This document shows positions 33,873 through 37,208 of a stretch of DNA of 37,208 nt, in pieces. Every line of letters begins with the position of its first letter. Within the stretch, counting starts at the first letter, position 1. The position numbers and the translations under genes are program-made. The DNA comes from Actinomycetota bacterium. Lineage in GTDB: Bacteria > Actinomycetota > Actinomycetes > Mycobacteriales > CADCTP01. The notes beneath the pieces were generated by a model. The model saw only the letters and a list, made by a program, of their open reading frames with translations. It was not told the DNA's origin and did not search any database. The DNA lies in assembly GCA_046744115.1 (NCBI GenBank), contig JBKOXW010000052.1, forward strand, positions 1-37,208. The letters run 5' to 3'.

Positions 33873-35684
33873 TCAGCCGACGGGCAAGGTGATCGACTGA
33901 CCGTAGATGTTCTGGTCCAGGCCGTGCGCGTTCGGGCACCTGTCCGGCTCGAGAGTCGGCGGGAAGCGGCATTGGTGGACGTCGAAGCCGTCGACGTAGT
34001 CCGTCTCGCGAACGTCCACGCCGGCCAGCACGTCCCTGTTGTCCGTCCACGCCAGGTACCCGAACAGCGAGCTGGCACCGTCGAACGCGAGCGCGACCCA
34101 GTTGTAGTCGCCCTGGAACGGGAGCGAGCGGTTGCCGAACATCTCATAGGACGGCTGGTGGGTCGCCGACGACACCTGACCGAGCGGCGTGAACGCCGTC
34201 CCGTCGTCCGAGACCGCGGCGTAGGTGGCCACTGCGTCGGTGCCGGACACGACGGGCCGGCCCTGCGCGTCGAGCGTGTCGCCGATCGGCAGCTGCACGC
34301 TGTACGCGTCGTCGGTGCGGTTGTCCTGCCACACGGCGACGAGCTTGCCGCCGAGCGCGTCGATGTCGGAGAAGTACTGGTGACCGCGACCACCGGCCGG
34401 ATCGACCGCGACCGGCGCGGACCAGGTGGCCCCGTTGTCGAGCGAGCGGACCACGTAGACCACGGAGCGGCCGACGAACCCGGAGTTGGCGCCGGCCGAG
34501 CTGTACGACGTCTGGCTGGGCACCACGGTGGTCGGATCGACGGCGTTGTAGGTGGCGTAGATCCCGGGCAGCAGCCCGCTCTGGTCCGCGGTCGCGCGAG
34601 GTTCCAGCGGCACCCGGAAGAACACGAAGCCGCTCGGGCAGGCCGACGCCCCGTCGCCGCAGTCCCGGGCGCCGTCGGACGGGAAGTACCGGGTGAAGTT
34701 CGCCACCTGGCCGGCCGGCGCGAAGGTCCGTCCACCATCCGCAGACCGGGCGAAGGCGAGCCCCTGGCTGTCGATCGCCGACGGGGTGTTGCGGGTCCCC
34801 CAGGTCACATAGACGTCGCCGTCGTGCTCGATGGCGAGGTCGCAGCCCTGGACGTCCCTGCCCTCGGACAGCCCGATGGGATGCGAGAATGTCGCCCCGG
34901 AGTCCGTGGAGCGGCTGAAGAAGATCTTCGTCCGGCCGCCGCCGACGAACCGGGACCAGCAGATGTAGACGTTCCCGTCGAACCGACCGTTCGTCCGGTC
35001 GACCTCCAGCTCGGGCTTGTCCTCGAAGATGCCGGCGATCCCCGGGGTGCCCTCGCCCACGACCACGGTGCGCAGGTAGTCCTTGGGATAGCCGCTGGGG
35101 TGCGGCTGGCTCGCGTAGCTGGCCACCCACACGTCGCCGTTCTGCGGGTGGACGCGGTTGAACGCGATCCCGCCGGCGAACAGGTTGCCGTCGTTGTCGA
35201 AGGAGACCAGCGGATCGCCCGCCTCGAGCTGTTGCCCGTGCAGCGGCGACGCCGCGCCCTCGGCCGACGTGTCGCTCGGGTAGCCCGGGATCTTCGACGG
35301 CGTCCAGCTCTCGCCTCGGTCGAGCGAGTACCCGAGGCCCATCCACCCACCGCCGAGGTCGGTGTCGCAGTAGTCGTTCCACGCCGCGACCACGAGGTCC
35401 GGATTTGTGGGGTCGACGGCCACCGCGGGTTCGTTGCCCTGGCGGAAGGCGCCGCCGTCGTTGGAGTCGGTGTCGCCATCGTTCGGCACGTCCGGCGCGG
35501 TGCTGGTGGAGGTGTCCGAGCAGTGCTGGATCGCGCGGTCGGTGCCGCCGTCATGCCGGACGTACGCGGCGGCCGGCGTCACCCGGTCGTCCGGTTCGGG
35601 CGGCGCCGCCCCGCTCGGCTGAGCCACCGCGAGAACCCCGGCGACGAGGAGCCCGGACGAGGCAAGATGCAGGAGTCGGCGCAT
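33873..35684 (-). CDS. Secreted BNR/Asp-box repeat beta-propeller (sialidase-like) protein
   Basis: Signal peptide; Asp-boxes SLDRGESW, STDSGATF, SADGGRTF, SLDNGATW; GDY and WTDNR near the C-terminus; GGAGG RBS. Confidence 0.82.
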   Translation of the reverse strand: MRRLLHLASSGLLVAGVLAVAQPSGAAPPEPDDRVTPAAAYVRHDGGTDRAIQHCSDTSTSTAPDVPNDGDTDSNDGGAFRQGNEPAVAVDPTNPDLVVAAWNDYCDTDLGGGWMGLGYSLDRGESWTPSKIPGYPSDTSAEGAASPLHGQQLEAGDPLVSFDNDGNLFAGGIAFNRVHPQNGDVWVASYASQPHPSGYPKDYLRTVVVGEGTPGIAGIFEDKPELEVDRTNGRFDGNVYICWSRFVGGGRTKIFFSRSTDSGATFSHPIGLSEGRDVQGCDLAIEHDGDVYVTWGTRNTPSAIDSQGLAFARSADGGRTFAPAGQVANFTRYFPSDGARDCGDGASACPSGFVFFRVPLEPRATADQSGLLPGIYATYNAVDPTTVVPSQTSYSSAGANSGFVGRSVVYVVRSLDNGATWSAPVAVDPAGGRGHQYFSDIDALGGKLVAVWQDNRTDDAYSVQLPIGDTLDAQGRPVVSGTDAVATYAAVSDDGTAFTPLGQVSSATHQPSYEMFGNRSLPFQGDYNWVALAFDGASSLFGYLAWTDNRDVLAGVDVRETDYVDGFDVHQCRFPPTLEPDRCPNAHGLDQNIYGQSITLPVG

Positions 35685-35801
35685 GCTTCCCTCCAGCGAC
35701 GTTGCTGGCGCGACGCATCCCTGAGCCCGACCCACGTCGCGCCCCTCATTGCAGCGCACTCCCACTGCCGAGACAACCCTCGCCGCGGTATGGGCTGCGG
35801 A

Positions 35802-36857
35802 TCAGCGGCGAACCGCGAGGGGGGTCCCTTCCACGGCGCTGCGGCGCGCGGTCTCGATCAGCTCGAGTACGTAGACAGCGTCGCGCGGGTCGACCGGCAT
35901 CGGCGCGCCGTCGCGGACCGCGGCGACGACCGCCGGGTAGAACGCGTCCCAGCGACCACGCTCCGGCGTCACCGCGGCGCTCTCCTCGCCCCGGCGCAGC
36001 ATGCCGCCGCGGCCGGGTGCCGGCACCCCCCACGGCTCCCCGTCGCCGGGCGTGTGGCCGGCGCGCAGCGCGTCCTCCTGTCCGTCGAGGTGCTCGACGA
36101 CGTACGCGCCGGCGCTGCCGAGCACGCGCAGCCGCGGCCCGGGAGCGGCCGCGACCGCGCTCGCCCACAGGTGGCTGCGCACCCCGGAGGCGTGCGTGAA
36201 GGCCAGGAACACGTCGTCCTCCGAGCCGCCCCGCCGCGCGTCGATCTCCGCGTACACCCGCTCCACCGGGCCGAACAGGTGCACCGCCTGGTCGGCGATG
36301 TGGCTGCCGAGGTCGAGCAGCGTGCCGCCGCCCTCGGCCACCGGCAGCGTCTCCCGCCACTTCCCCGGCGTGAGGCTGGGCCGCCATCGCTCGAACCGTG
36401 ACTCGTAGCGCCGGACCGAACCCAGGTCCCCGGCCTCGAGGAGCCGGCGCAGGGTGAGCTGGTCGGAGTCCCAGCGGCGGTTCTGGAAGACGGTCAGCGG
36501 CACGCCCACCCGCTCGGCCCGGTCGACCAGCCGGCGGGCGTCGGCCGCCGTGGGTGCGAGCGGCTTGTCGACGACGACGGCGACGCCGGCGTCGATCGCG
36601 GCCGAGGCGTTCGCGACGTGGGTGGCGTCCGGCGAGGCCACCACGACGAGGTCGACGTCGCCCAGCATCGTGTCCACCGTGTCGTGCGCGACGACGCCCG
36701 GATGGTCCGCGGCCGCCTCGGCGCGCCGGCGCGGGTCGCCGGTGACGACCGCGGCCACTCGCGCTCCCGGCGTACCGGCGAGCAGCCGGCCGTGGAACAC
36801 CCTGCCGGCGAGGCCGTACCCGACGATCCCGACCCGAATGACCTCTGGTCCGCCCAT
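35802..36857 (-). CDS. Gfo/Idh/MocA family NAD(P)-dependent oxidoreductase (YdgJ/IolW-like)
   Basis: VGIVGYGLAG..FH, VVVDKP, FQNRRWDSD, GG.LLDLGSH..DQ. Confidence 0.92.
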   Translation of the reverse strand: MGGPEVIRVGIVGYGLAGRVFHGRLLAGTPGARVAAVVTGDPRRRAEAAADHPGVVAHDTVDTMLGDVDLVVVASPDATHVANASAAIDAGVAVVVDKPLAPTAADARRLVDRAERVGVPLTVFQNRRWDSDQLTLRRLLEAGDLGSVRRYESRFERWRPSLTPGKWRETLPVAEGGGTLLDLGSHIADQAVHLFGPVERVYAEIDARRGGSEDDVFLAFTHASGVRSHLWASAVAAAPGPRLRVLGSAGAYVVEHLDGQEDALRAGHTPGDGEPWGVPAPGRGGMLRRGEESAAVTPERGRWDAFYPAVVAAVRDGAPMPVDPRDAVYVLELIETARRSAVEGTPLAVRR

Positions 36858-36889
36858 TCGCTCATGCTAGGAGCGGGCACGATGGCGGG

Positions 36890-37208
36890 GTGCTCGGCGC
36901 CGTCGTGCCGTACCTGGCATGCCCGCACTGCGCAGCAGCGCTGGCGACGACCGGCGCGGCGCTGCGGTGTGCGAGCGGGCACTCGTTCGACATCGCGCGG
37001 CAGGGGTACGTCATGCTGGTGCCGGCCGGCCGCCCGGCGCCGAGCGGCGACACCGCCGGGATGGTGGCCGCGCGGGAGCGGTTCCTGGCCGCGCGCCACT
37101 TTGCGCCGCTCACCGCGCGCCTTGCCGCCACCGCGGCCGCGGTGGCCGCACCGGACGGGTGCGTGGTGGACATTGGCGCGGGCACCGGCCACCAGCTGGC
37201 CGCTACGC
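36890..37208 (+). CDS. RlmA-like 23S rRNA m1G methyltransferase (runs off the window end; not in the ORF track)
   Basis: Zn finger LACPHC...LRCASGHSFDIARQGYV, GDT..MV.AR..FL, VDIGAGTG. Confidence 0.85.
   Translation, partial: MLGAVVPYLACPHCAAALATTGAALRCASGHSFDIARQGYVMLVPAGRPAPSGDTAGMVAARERFLAARHFAPLTARLAATAAAVAAPDGCVVDIGAGTGHQLAAT

Noticed and set aside
33858-36401. 847-aa plus-strand ORF
   Set aside because: Antisense shadow of the BNR protein and the oxidoreductase

Overview
High-GC actinomycete chromosomal window; the genus cannot be determined from sequence alone. The left part is a conserved-looking backbone: psuG, DUF3099, an HhH-GPD protein, dtd, a sigB-like sigma factor, a GNAT/acyl-CoA-synthetase acetyltransferase with an AcuC deacetylase, ideR/dtxR, an S9 peptidase, a gltD with no adjacent gltB, DUF4192, DUF1918, a TM0106-type nuclease-helicase and DUF72. 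An ABC exporter and an ArsR-hydrolase operon follow. About 25.8-31.4 kb is a decayed, visibly lower-GC integrative island. It appears to have inserted into the 3' end of a second DUF72 gene: the displaced original 3' end is at 25773-25848 and the replacement end is at 31275-31369. The island holds a truncated tyrosine integrase, a tRNA-Asn 3'-half att relic with arm-like repeats, an internally inverted IS630 relic and several fused gene fragments. The right end encodes a NUDIX-PIN-like fusion, a BNR-repeat secreted protein, a Gfo/Idh/MocA oxidoreductase and a truncated RlmA-like methyltransferase. The best non-coding signals are (i) an identical tandem motif, ATCTGTGGACG-N8-GCCTGTGGACG, exactly 49 nt from the inferred starts of both DUF4192 and the nuclease-helicase, (ii) PafBC/RecA-NDp-type promoters before ideR and the nuclease-helicase, and (iii) a 29-aa ORF missing from the ORF track. 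All family assignments come from motif recognition by eye; no database search was run.
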